Assembly (NCBI GenBank): GCA_965203515.1 | Contig: OZ241907.1 | Location: forward strand, 1,312,001-1,376,000 | Reading direction: 5' to 3' | Origin: Spirochaetia bacterium | GTDB lineage: Bacteria; Spirochaetota; Spirochaetia; SZUA-6; Bin103 | Length of the DNA: 64,000 nucleotides | Shown here: positions 1 to 8,261 of the stretch, in pieces | How positions within the stretch are numbered: position 1 is the first letter of the stretch | Layout: every line of letters begins with the position of its first letter | The notes under the pieces: generated by a model | Seen by the model: only the letters and a program-made list of their open reading frames with translations | What the model was told of the DNA's origin: nothing | The model's database searches: none | Position numbers and translations under genes: made by a program

Positions 1-1
1 G

Positions 2-400
2 CGCGCCGGGCGCGAGTTCGACGACGCCGTGGCGCGCGGCGTGTTCTATCTCGACGGCCACAAGCCGGACGACGACAAGCGCACCTACATCCTGCCCAAG
101 GAGGAACTCTACGTGCCTCCCTACCAGATCCCCTTCCGCTGTCTGGTGGCGCGCGACGGCCGCAACCTGCTGATGGCCGGCCGCTGCATGTCGGCGGATC
201 AGCTTGCGCTGTCCTCCGCGCGCGTCACCACGACCTGCGCCATGATGGGTCAGGCGGCCGGCATCGGCGCCGCCCTGGCCGCGGCGCGCGGCGCCGACGC
301 CGCCGCCCTCGACCCGCTCGACGTGCGGCGCGAGGTGGAGCGCCGGGGCGCCCACCTGGCGGTCGACGAACCTCCGCCGGCGCCGGCGCGCACGCGCTGA
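2..400 (+). CDS. FAD-dependent oxidoreductase, C-terminal part (5' truncated by window)
   Basis: YQIPFRCLV...NLLMAGRCMSAD...ALSSARV...MGQAAG C-terminal motif of the FAD_oxidored family. Confidence 0.85.
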   Translation, partial: RAGREFDDAVARGVFYLDGHKPDDDKRTYILPKEELYVPPYQIPFRCLVARDGRNLLMAGRCMSADQLALSSARVTTTCAMMGQAAGIGAALAAARGADAAALDPLDVRREVERRGAHLAVDEPPPAPARTR

Positions 401-575
401 CCTTCCCCGCGGTACGCAAAACGACGGCTTGACGCGGTTCTCCTCCTGAAATACCTGTTATACTTGGAATTAGGAGCCAACGCTGGATGGCAGGCAGCCT
501 CTGGTGCAGCTAGCCGCGCACCTTCGCGCCGCGCGCCGAAAAGCGCCGCCGACACCGCGTCGATGTCAATGCGTG

Positions 576-1559
576 ATGGCACCGTCCCTGCATCAGCCCC
601 ACGATCACCTGTTCCGCTTGGTGTTCGCCGACTCCGAGGAGACCGCCGCCTTCCTCCGTGCCCGCCTGCCCGACTCCCTCCGGCGCCGCTTCCTCTGGTC
701 CTCCCTGCGCCGCGCCCCAGGCTCCTTCGTCGACCAGCAACTGCGCGGCTCCGTCTCCGACCTGCTGTTCGAGGTCCGCACCGCCGCCGCGCGGCCGCAG
801 TGGCTCTACCTGCTGTTCGAACATCAGTCCCGCCCCGACCGCTGGATGGCGCTGCGCATGCTGCGCTACTGCTGCCGCATCTGGGAGGCCGACCGCCGCA
901 CCCACCCCGACGAGCGGTTCCTGCGTCCGGTGCTGCCTTTGGTGTTCTACCAGGGCAAACGCCGCTGGCGCTACGCCAGCGAACTTGCGGAGTCCTTCCC
1001 GCCGGCGCTGCGCGGCCAGCCCTGGGTGCCGCGCTTCTGTCCCCTGCTGCTCGATCAGACCCAGGTGGCGCCGGCGGCCGTGGCCGGGGCGCTGCGCGGG
1101 CGGCTGCTCCAACTGGCGATGATGCACACCTTCGAGCAGGCGCCGAGGGAGGCGCGGGAGCGGATCGCGCCGCTGCTGGAGGAGTTGCAGCGGGAGCCGG
1201 CGCGCGGCGGGGTGGATTACTACCGGGCGTTCATGGAGTACATTGTGAAAGCTGGGCCGGCGGACACGCTGCAAGCGCTGGATGAGCTGATGCTGCGCCG
1301 GGCGCCGGAACTGAGAGGTGATCTGATGACCTGTGGCGAGATGCTGCGCCGGGAAGGTGAGTTGAAGGGCCGGCATGAAGGCCGGCAGGAGGGTGAATTG
1401 AGTGGCCGCCGAAAGGGCCTGATGGAGGCCATCGACGGGTTCCTGCGGGCCGGGGTCGAGTGGCCGGTGATCCAATCCGCCACCGGCATCGACCAGCACA
1501 GCTACCGCACCCTCAAACGCGACGCCTCCCACGGGACGGAGCCAGCCGCGCCGCGCTAA
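576..1559 (+). CDS. Rpn family recombination-promoting nuclease / putative transposase (PD-(D/E)XK)
   Basis: PHDHLFRLVF, SFVD..L...SDLLFEV, LYLLFEHQS.PD.WM.LR, PLVFYQG; EGRQEG C-terminal repeats; ATG at 576. Confidence 0.92.
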   Translation: MAPSLHQPHDHLFRLVFADSEETAAFLRARLPDSLRRRFLWSSLRRAPGSFVDQQLRGSVSDLLFEVRTAAARPQWLYLLFEHQSRPDRWMALRMLRYCCRIWEADRRTHPDERFLRPVLPLVFYQGKRRWRYASELAESFPPALRGQPWVPRFCPLLLDQTQVAPAAVAGALRGRLLQLAMMHTFEQAPREARERIAPLLEELQREPARGGVDYYRAFMEYIVKAGPADTLQALDELMLRRAPELRGDLMTCGEMLRREGELKGRHEGRQEGELSGRRKGLMEAIDGFLRAGVEWPVIQSATGIDQHSYRTLKRDASHGTEPAAPR

Positions 1560-1689
1560 CTCCTCGTGGCATGGGGAGAAAGCGCGGGCGAATACGCCGA
1601 CGTGCCCGACTCCTGCAAGAGCGCCGCCTGTATGCCGATCGCGTCCCGGCCCCAACAAACGCCGATCCGACGCGAACAGCCCGCCCGCG

Positions 1690-1831
1690 TTACGCCAGTT
1701 TCCAGGTGGTCGTGTTCTGTATGATGGCGATGAGCGCTCGCATCTCCGGCGTGGTCGGCGGCTCTGACGCATACCGCGAAGTGGATGTCGCCGTCGGTGT
1801 TGAAGATGATGCGCGGCGGGCGGCGCGTCAC
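1690..1831 (-). pseudogene. Frameshifted, truncated N-terminal fragment of a GHL10-like glycoside hydrolase
   Basis: MTRRPPRIIFNTDG start directly after the sulfatase; continues YASEPPTTPE in another frame and stops at 1690. Confidence 0.45.
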
Positions 1832-1845
1832 GGCGCGTGCCGAAG

Positions 1846-3448
1846 CTACTCACGCCGCGTTCGCGTCCGCCGCACCGCTGCAACGCGCTGCTCGGCGGTT
1901 TCGTCCGGGCATGGCCAGTCGGTGAACGGAGCGGCGTCGAACCGGCATGGCCCCGATTCGATGCGCGGGTCGCCCTGCTCGCGCATGACCGCCTCCAGCC
2001 GTTCGGCCAGCGTCCGTCTCTGCGCGGCGAACGCCGGATCGCCGGCCAGGTTCTTCAGGTGATGCGGATCATTGCGCACGTCGTAGAGCTCTTCCGCCGG
2101 CCGCTTGCCGAAGCCGAGCGCAAAGAGGTCGCGGACGCCGGCGGCCGCGCGGTTCTCGACCATCCACGCCTTGGTGGGACTTGCGTCGAGGTCCGCGTAG
2201 GCCACGCGAGTGTCGTGCTCCCAGCGCTGCGCGCGGCGTCGGCTCCGCGGCAGGATCGTCCATGCCGCGGGGATCGCCCATCGGCCAACGGTCCGGGGCG
2301 AAGTTCCGGATGTAGAGGAAGTCCGGCGTGCGGACGGCGCGATGCGGATAGGGCAGATTCCGGTCCCGCGCGGTCGCCACGTGCCGCTCCCGGCCGGTGA
2401 TCACGAACGTGCGTTCCGGGCAGACCTGCCCGGAGCGGTCGGAGCCGAGGACGTCCATCAGGCTGCGAGCCGGCATGGCCGCCGGCCGCTCCACGCCCGC
2501 CGCCTCCAGGAAGGTCGGCGCGAGGTCCATGAGGTTCACCATGTCGTCCGCCACCCGGCCGGCCCGGATCGTCCCCGGCAGCCGCGCGGCGAGCGCCACT
2601 TCGCAGCCGATGTCGTAGAGGTTGCACTTCGCCCGCGGGACACCCGGGATGCCGTGGTCGCCGCTGACCACCACCAGCGTGTCGTCGAGCTCGCCCATCT
2701 CCTCCAGCATGCCGATCAGCGCGCCGAGTCCGGCGTCGACCGCCATGCACTCGCCGAGGTAGTCGCCGACATCCTCGCGCACTTCGGGAACGTCGGGCAG
2801 GAACGCCGGAAGCCGGCCGGCCAGAGCGTCGGGGTCGATGCCCCACAGCGCCTTGCCGGACCCCTTCAGCCACTCGCGGTGGGTATTGGTGGGACCCCAC
2901 CAGTAGCAGAACGGCTGCTCGGGATTCCGGTCTGCCAGAAAGCTCCGGAAGTTGCCCCGCACCTCGTCGCACAGCCACCGCTTGGCGTGCTCGACGCCGC
3001 CGGCCTCCCCGGCCCATTCGGCAGCCCGGAACGAAAACCGGTTGAAGTCGTCGCCGCAGTCCTGATAACGGGTCTCCGCGCCGCCGTACGGATCGTCCTG
3101 CGGCGTTCCCGGCGACCAGACCTTGTAGGAGAACCCGATGTGGTACCCCGCGTCCCGAAGCAGGAAGGGATACGACGGTATGGCGCGATCCCACACCGCG
3201 CCCAGGAGAATGGCGCCCAGCCCGGTCTGCCAGAAGTAGCGCCCGGAAAGGATCGAGCTCCGACACGGAGTGCAGCTCGGCGCCGGCACCAGCGCGTTGG
3301 TGAAGAGCACCCCTTCGTCGGCGACTCGGTCGAAGTGCGGGGTATCGATCAGCGCGCAGAGCGAGCGCTCGCCCTGGTGCGCAGCGTACGCGCTCGCGTA
3401 GCGGCCCCAGTCGTCGGCGAAGGCGAAGAGGATGTTCGGTCGCTTCAT
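1846..3448 (-). CDS. Sulfatase (single +1 frameshift near 2222, probably an error)
   Basis: [21 protein letters not shown] sulfatase motif, GDHG; C-terminus EELYD..DP...NLA lies in ORF 1846..2205. Confidence 0.9.
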
Positions 3449-3523
3449 GCCGGGCTCAGGATGGCCTGAAACGGCGAGCGTCCGCTACGCGCTCGCCGCC
3501 GCATGCGTGTAGACTCGACTCGC

Positions 3524-3727
3524 ATGGCCCCGCTGACCGCGGCTGAACGGAACGAGCTCCTCGATCTCTCCCGGTCGGCAGCGCTGCGGGAAGATCTCCG
3601 TTCCATCGCGCACGAACGGGTCGTCGACTTCGACGCCTACATCGCCTTCGCCACGAGCGTCGCCCGACTGTCCAACCACGCCCGCCGGCCCTTTCGCCCG
3701 ATTCGCGGCAGCAACTTCAAGCTGTAG
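3524..3727 (+). CDS. Small hypothetical protein (67 aa)
   Basis: [26 protein letters not shown]...[12 protein letters not shown]; protein-like composition; TAGACT 8 nt upstream. Confidence 0.65.
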   Translation: MAPLTAAERNELLDLSRSAALREDLRSIAHERVVDFDAYIAFATSVARLSNHARRPFRPIRGSNFKL

Positions 3728-3735
3728 GGTTGACG

Positions 3736-3870
3736 ATGGCAAGCGTCGGACCGATCCATCCCGTGAGCACTTGGCGGAAATCCTCGACGAATTGGGCGTG
3801 AGCGAATACCACTTGGCGAAAGCGATCGGTACGCCGCCGAGCCGCATCGAAGAAATCGTACACGGCCGCG
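3736..3870 (+). pseudogene. higA: HigA-family antitoxin fragment (frameshifted, truncated)
   Basis: MASVGPIHP/(G)[35 protein letters not shown] matches the HigA HTH N-terminus; one base missing near 3763; the C-terminal FWLNLQ part is absent. Confidence 0.75.
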
Positions 3871-3891
3871 CCAACCAAGTAGCCGCCACGC

Positions 3892-3920
3892 TCGACATCG
3901 TGTGTCCGAGACGGTATACT
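3892..3920 (+). promoter_or_regulatory. Sigma70-like promoter TCGACA-17-TATACT
   Basis: 17-nt spacer; 9 nt upstream of ATG 3930. Confidence 0.55.
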
Positions 3921-3929
3921 TACGCGGTC

Positions 3930-6077
3930 ATGCTGAAACTTGGTTTGAGGAATGCGGCAGCCGTAGCGGCGATGCTACTAGCCGGTTTGGTTGTGGCGCA
4001 CGCGCAGGACGAGTACGACTTCGGGGCCGGCCCGGTGCCAGCTCATCGGCACCCCAACGGCGGAGGCTGGGTAGCGAACACCGCCACGGTTGCCGAGACG
4101 GCATGGATTGTCGGTGATGCCCAGGTTTTCGGTGATGCGTTTGTTGTCGGTAATGCGCAGGTTGGCGGTAATGCCCAGGTTTTCGATGATGCGATGGTTT
4201 ACGGCAATGCGCTGGTTTTCGGTAATGCCCATGTCACCGGTAATGCGCAAGTTTTCGATGATGCGCTGGTTTTCGATGATGCGCAGATTGCCGGTGATGC
4301 GCAAGCTTTTGGTAATGCGCAGGTTTTTGGTGATGCGTTTGTTGCCGGTGATGCGACGATTTACGGTGATGCTCTGGTTTTCAGCGATGCACTGGTTTTC
4401 GGTAATGCCCATGTCACCGGTAATGCGCAGGTTGCCGGTAATGCGCAGGTTGCCGGTGATGCGTCGGTTATCAATGCGCAGGTTGGCGGTAATGCCCATG
4501 TTACCAGTGATGCGAAGGTTTACGGTAATGCGCAGGTTTACGGTAATGCACATGTTAACGGTAACGCGAAGGTTGGCGGTAATGCGAAGGTTGGCGGTGA
4601 TGCACAGGTCTTCGGTGATGCGCAGGTCTTCGGCGATGCGCAGGTTTACGGCAATGCATATGTTAACGGTAACGCGAAGGTTGGCGGTTATGCGTTTGTT
4701 GCCGGTGATGCGCAGGTTTACGATGATGCGTCGGTTATCAATGCACAGGTTGGCGGTTATGCGCAGGTTTACGGTAATGCGCAGGTTGCCGGTGATGCGC
4801 AGGTTTACGGTAATGCGCAGGTTGCTGGTGATGCGACGGTTTACGGTGATGCGCAGGTCTACGGTAATGCGCAGGTTACCGGTAATGCGAAAGTTTACGG
4901 TGATGCGCAGGTTGCCGGTGATGCGAAAGTTTACGGTGATGCGCAGGTTTACGATGAACGAGTAGTGCGCGGGATACGCGGCGCCCAGGACAGCGTGAAG
5001 AGCTGGCCGATCAGCGCGGCTCACTTTGGCGATGAAACGGACCTGCGGAGCCAAACCACCAACCGTTCCGCGCCGTACGCCTGGGACCGGATCACCGCCG
5101 ACAAGGTGCGCGTCTCGATTGACGGGTATGAGCTGCCATTCTCGAGCATCCGGAACGAGCCGGTCTTCGCGTCCGATATCTCTGGCGCGGAGTGGACGGT
5201 TGACGCGGAGGTCCGGGCGGGAGCGGTGGTGCTGGTGCTCATGGCTCCGGATCAGTCGGACGAGGGGGCAAGCTCCGTAGAGGGGGTCACGTTTACGAAC
5301 CTGGGGAGCGGCTACGCGACCGCCCCGGCCGTGACCTTTTCCGTAGCGCCGTCCGGCGGTACCACCGCGACCGGCACCACGGTGCTGTCCGGCGACGTAG
5401 GTTGGGTGATGATCACGAATCCAGGGAGCGGCTATACGTCGGCCCCCACCGTTACCCTTTCGGCAGCGCCACCCGGCGGCGTCACGGCAACCGCCACCGC
5501 GTTCCTGCAAAGCGGCGTCGCTTCAGTGACGGTAACTACCGCCGGGAGCGGCTACATGACGGCCCCCACCGTTACCTTTTCGAACCCGGCCTTTGGTGCC
5601 GACGTCGCGACCGGCACCGCGGCGCTCACCTCTGGAGGCGGCGTCGCTTCAGTGACGATCACGAACGCGGGGAGCGGCTACACATCAGCCCCGACCGTCA
5701 CCTTTACAGGCGGCGGCAGCGGTGCAGCCGCCACCGCGGTGCTGCCGACTGGCGTCGGTGGTGTGGTAGTGACGAACGCGGGGAACGGCTACACGTTGCC
5801 CCCGACCGTCACCTTTTCGGCAGCGCCGTCCGGCGGTACCACCGCGACCGGCACCGCAGTGCTGTCCGGCGACGTAGGTTGGGTGATGATCACGAATCCA
5901 GGGAGCGGCTATACGTCGGCCCCCACCGTTACCTTTTCGGCAGCGCCACCCGGCGGCGTCACGGCAACCGCCACCGCGGTGATGACGGAGCTTGGCAACG
6001 ATCAATACCGGAACCTGTATTGGGCGCGCCAAACGCTGGACGGCAGACAGCTGCAGGTGCAGATAATGGACGAGTGA
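3930..6077 (+). CDS. Secreted repeat protein: signal peptide, hexapeptide left-handed beta-helix, six GSGY..P.V repeats
   Basis: [26 protein letters not shown] signal peptide; [11 protein letters not shown] cap; about 45 (V-Y/F-G-N/D-A-Q) hexapeptides; six ~40-aa [19 protein letters not shown] units. Confidence 0.85.
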   Translation: MLKLGLRNAAAVAAMLLAGLVVAHAQDEYDFGAGPVPAHRHPNGGGWVANTATVAETAWIVGDAQVFGDAFVVGNAQVGGNAQVFDDAMVYGNALVFGNAHVTGNAQVFDDALVFDDAQIAGDAQAFGNAQVFGDAFVAGDATIYGDALVFSDALVFGNAHVTGNAQVAGNAQVAGDASVINAQVGGNAHVTSDAKVYGNAQVYGNAHVNGNAKVGGNAKVGGDAQVFGDAQVFGDAQVYGNAYVNGNAKVGGYAFVAGDAQVYDDASVINAQVGGYAQVYGNAQVAGDAQVYGNAQVAGDATVYGDAQVYGNAQVTGNAKVYGDAQVAGDAKVYGDAQVYDERVVRGIRGAQDSVKSWPISAAHFGDETDLRSQTTNRSAPYAWDRITADKVRVSIDGYELPFSSIRNEPVFASDISGAEWTVDAEVRAGAVVLVLMAPDQSDEGASSVEGVTFTNLGSGYATAPAVTFSVAPSGGTTATGTTVLSGDVGWVMITNPGSGYTSAPTVTLSAAPPGGVTATATAFLQSGVASVTVTTAGSGYMTAPTVTFSNPAFGADVATGTAALTSGGGVASVTITNAGSGYTSAPTVTFTGGGSGAAATAVLPTGVGGVVVTNAGNGYTLPPTVTFSAAPSGGTTATGTAVLSGDVGWVMITNPGSGYTSAPTVTFSAAPPGGVTATATAVMTELGNDQYRNLYWARQTLDGRQLQVQIMDE
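4110..4955 (+). repeat. Degenerate 18-bp coding tandem repeat (gcgcaggtttacggtaat-like)
   Basis: Visible 18-nt periodicity, T-ending codons, lower GC than flanks. Confidence 0.9.
5345..5978 (+). repeat. Near-identical ~157-bp internal duplication (5345-5501 and 5822-5978)
   Basis: Direct comparison shows only a few mismatches; offset 477 nt. Confidence 0.85.
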
Positions 6078-6295
6078 TGCCGGCGTAGTACCGGCCGGCC
6101 ACGCGCCTGCGTGCACGGCAGCACGGCGATACTGGCAGCCGCCGCGAGCACCAAAGCCTACCTTTGCGACGCGCCAAATGCCGGTACCGACCGCGCGACC
6201 GGCATCGCGGTGCTCACCTCCGGGGTAGCATCGCGTCAGTGACGATCACGAACGACCAGCTTCTGCCGAGACTTTCTCAGGGGTACCGTTGCGGA

Positions 6296-6625
6296 TCAAT
6301 TGACCGGCAACGGGATGGCCATCTCCCAGTCGTCTCCGGGGAAGAGGATGTCGATGGCGATGCCGGTGGCCCGGTCGCGCGCGCCGTCCCCTTCGACGGC
6401 GATCGACGCATCGGCCGGCGCCGCCGCCCACCCCTGCCGATCGACCAGGACGTCGACGTCGTGGGTGGTCCGCACCCAGCCGGCGCGCACCACGGCCAGC
6501 CCGCCCACCACGCAGTACGCCACCCCATGGCCGTCCAGCCACGCGTGCAGACGGCGCACGATGCGCATCAGCGGCGAGTCGGCGCCGCTGTCGCCGTTGA
6601 TCCGCAACACCTCCTCGGCCGTCAC
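6296..6625 (-). pseudogene. Nucleotidyltransferase-superfamily protein, probably 3' truncated
   Basis: YCVVGGLAV...VRTTHDVDVLV and IDILF motifs; GTG overlaps the upstream stop (GTGA); ends abruptly at MAIPLPVN. Confidence 0.65.
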
Positions 6626-8166
6626 CTCGCGCAGTGTCCCACGCTCGGAACCGGAAGTGGGCTCACCTGGAATCGATAATCGCCCGAGCCGAGCTCGAAC
6701 GTGACCCCGTCGCCGCCGGCTGCCGCGGTCGCGCGGCCGACCCCCGGCATCCGCCACGGGCGGGGCGCCCGCGCCGATCCCTGCCCCCATACCGGCCCGC
6801 CGTGCTCGTCGATGCGGAACGCCCGCAGGCCCGCCGTGGGCACGGTGACCTGCGCGCCGACCCCCGGCGGCAGCGTCACCTGCAGCGTGAACGCGTCCGC
6901 CGTCCGCTCCCAGCGCACGGCGATGCGCCCGCGCACCGTCCCGACCGACCCGGCGGCGCAAGACGCGCCAGCCGACAAGCGCGGCCGGATGCGCACCCTT
7001 CCCGGCCCCTCCGGGACGATGCCGAGCGGCTCCGGGCCGGAATCGATCGACCCGGCCGCACGCTCCCCGGCCTCCGCACGCGCGACCGCCAAGCGCACCG
7101 GCGCTGCCCACGGCCCGGCGCGGCCGCCCGCGTCCCAGCAGCGCACGGTCCACCAGCCGGTCTCGCCGCCGGCCGGCAGCCGGCCTTCATAGGTCACGTA
7201 CGCGCCGGCCGGCTCCGGCGTCGCCACCGTGCCGGAGTCCCAGAGATCGGCGCGGCCCGGCTGCAGCAGCTCGCGCGCGCTCGCCGCCAGTATCCGGTAC
7301 GCCGATTGCCGCTGGCCGCGCTGGTCGCTGGCCAGCGTCCAGCGCAACCGCGGGCGCCCGGCCGGCGCGCCCGACGGACCGGCGCGTTCGCAGGTCAGCT
7401 CGCGCGCGCGTACGCAGAGGCGCGCCTCGATCGGCGCGTACGGGTCCGCGGGCCGCTGCCGCGGATCGACGTAGCGCGCCAGATCGCGCAGGGCGATCAC
7501 GGTATAGTCGTTGTCGGCCAAGTAGTCGGCGAACCGCTCGAACAGCTCCGGCGCGGTGCTGCAGAACCGGTGGTCGTCCGGGATGCCGTGCAGGCAGATC
7601 ACCGCGATCCGGCCGTCGCGCGCCGTGGAGACCGCCGCGCGCAGGTCGTCCAGGTCCCACGCCGCGCCGCCGATGCCCGCGCACGGTATCAGCAGCGGAT
7701 GGTCCCTTCCCGGCGCGTAGGGCCGCCCGAAGGCGCCGTCCGCGTGATCGACGTGCTCGGGAGCGGTGCACCGGCGAGCGAACCGATACCCCGCGTCGCG
7801 CAGGGCGTCGACCGCGGCGCGGGAGTGATGGCCGCCCGGATAGCAGTAGGTGACCGGCTTGGGGATGCCGTGCGCCAGACAGCTCCGCTCCATGCGGCGC
7901 AGATCGCGCTCGAACTCCTCGCGGGTCTGCGTATCGACCGCCACGTGGCGGCCGTGGTGGTTGCCGATCTCGAAGCCGGCGTCGTGCAGCGACCTGATCT
8001 CGTCCCAGTCCAGGAACCGGCTCTTGTCCTCGAACCCCAGCCCCTCGGTGACGTAGAAGGTGGCGCCCAGACCGCGGCGCGCGAGCAGCGGCCCCACCAG
8101 CTCCACGTCGGACCTGCGGCCGTCGTCGAACGTGAGCACGACCAGTCGATCGGGAATCGGTTCCAT
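6622..8166 (-). CDS. Polysaccharide deacetylase (NodB/CE4) fused to GH78-type N- and C-terminal beta domains
   Basis: VVLTFDDG, EIGNH...H, YCYPGG; then PRLRW...QSAYRIL...ADLWDSG and TVRGRIAVRW...ELGSGDYRF; GGAGG RBS. Confidence 0.85.
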   Translation of the reverse strand: MEPIPDRLVVLTFDDGRRSDVELVGPLLARRGLGATFYVTEGLGFEDKSRFLDWDEIRSLHDAGFEIGNHHGRHVAVDTQTREEFERDLRRMERSCLAHGIPKPVTYCYPGGHHSRAAVDALRDAGYRFARRCTAPEHVDHADGAFGRPYAPGRDHPLLIPCAGIGGAAWDLDDLRAAVSTARDGRIAVICLHGIPDDHRFCSTAPELFERFADYLADNDYTVIALRDLARYVDPRQRPADPYAPIEARLCVRARELTCERAGPSGAPAGRPRLRWTLASDQRGQRQSAYRILAASARELLQPGRADLWDSGTVATPEPAGAYVTYEGRLPAGGETGWWTVRCWDAGGRAGPWAAPVRLAVARAEAGERAAGSIDSGPEPLGIVPEGPGRVRIRPRLSAGASCAAGSVGTVRGRIAVRWERTADAFTLQVTLPPGVGAQVTVPTAGLRAFRIDEHGGPVWGQGSARAPRPWRMPGVGRATAAAGGDGVTFELGSGDYRFQVSPLPVPSVGHCAR

Positions 8167-8261
8167 AAACGTCCTCCGTCCTGCGCGGCGGCGGCCGGCG
8201 GTCGAGTGTGGCATGGTTCGCGCATGGGTCGCAGAACGCCGAACCGGGACGCGGCGGCCGC

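Noticed and set aside
456..513. Extended -10, AGGAG and 8-codon ORF (MAGSLWCS) upstream of Rpn
   Set aside because: Too short to support a leader peptide or sRNA call without comparative data
3771..3929. HTH domain fused to the repeat protein (768-aa ORF)
   Set aside because: Chance in-frame run-through from the higA remnant; the promoter and signal peptide place the start at 3930
4110..4955. Periodic repeat as a CRISPR array
   Set aside because: Contiguous 18-nt in-frame coding repeat with no spacers and no cas genes
3978..5510. Long antisense and alternate-frame ORFs (NLRIT / MRRF repeats)
   Set aside because: Shadows of the hexapeptide repeat
6189..6376. Imperfect 20-bp inverted repeat (both strands encode DRATGIA)
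   Set aside because: GC-rich, and each arm is explained by its own coding context; probably coincidence
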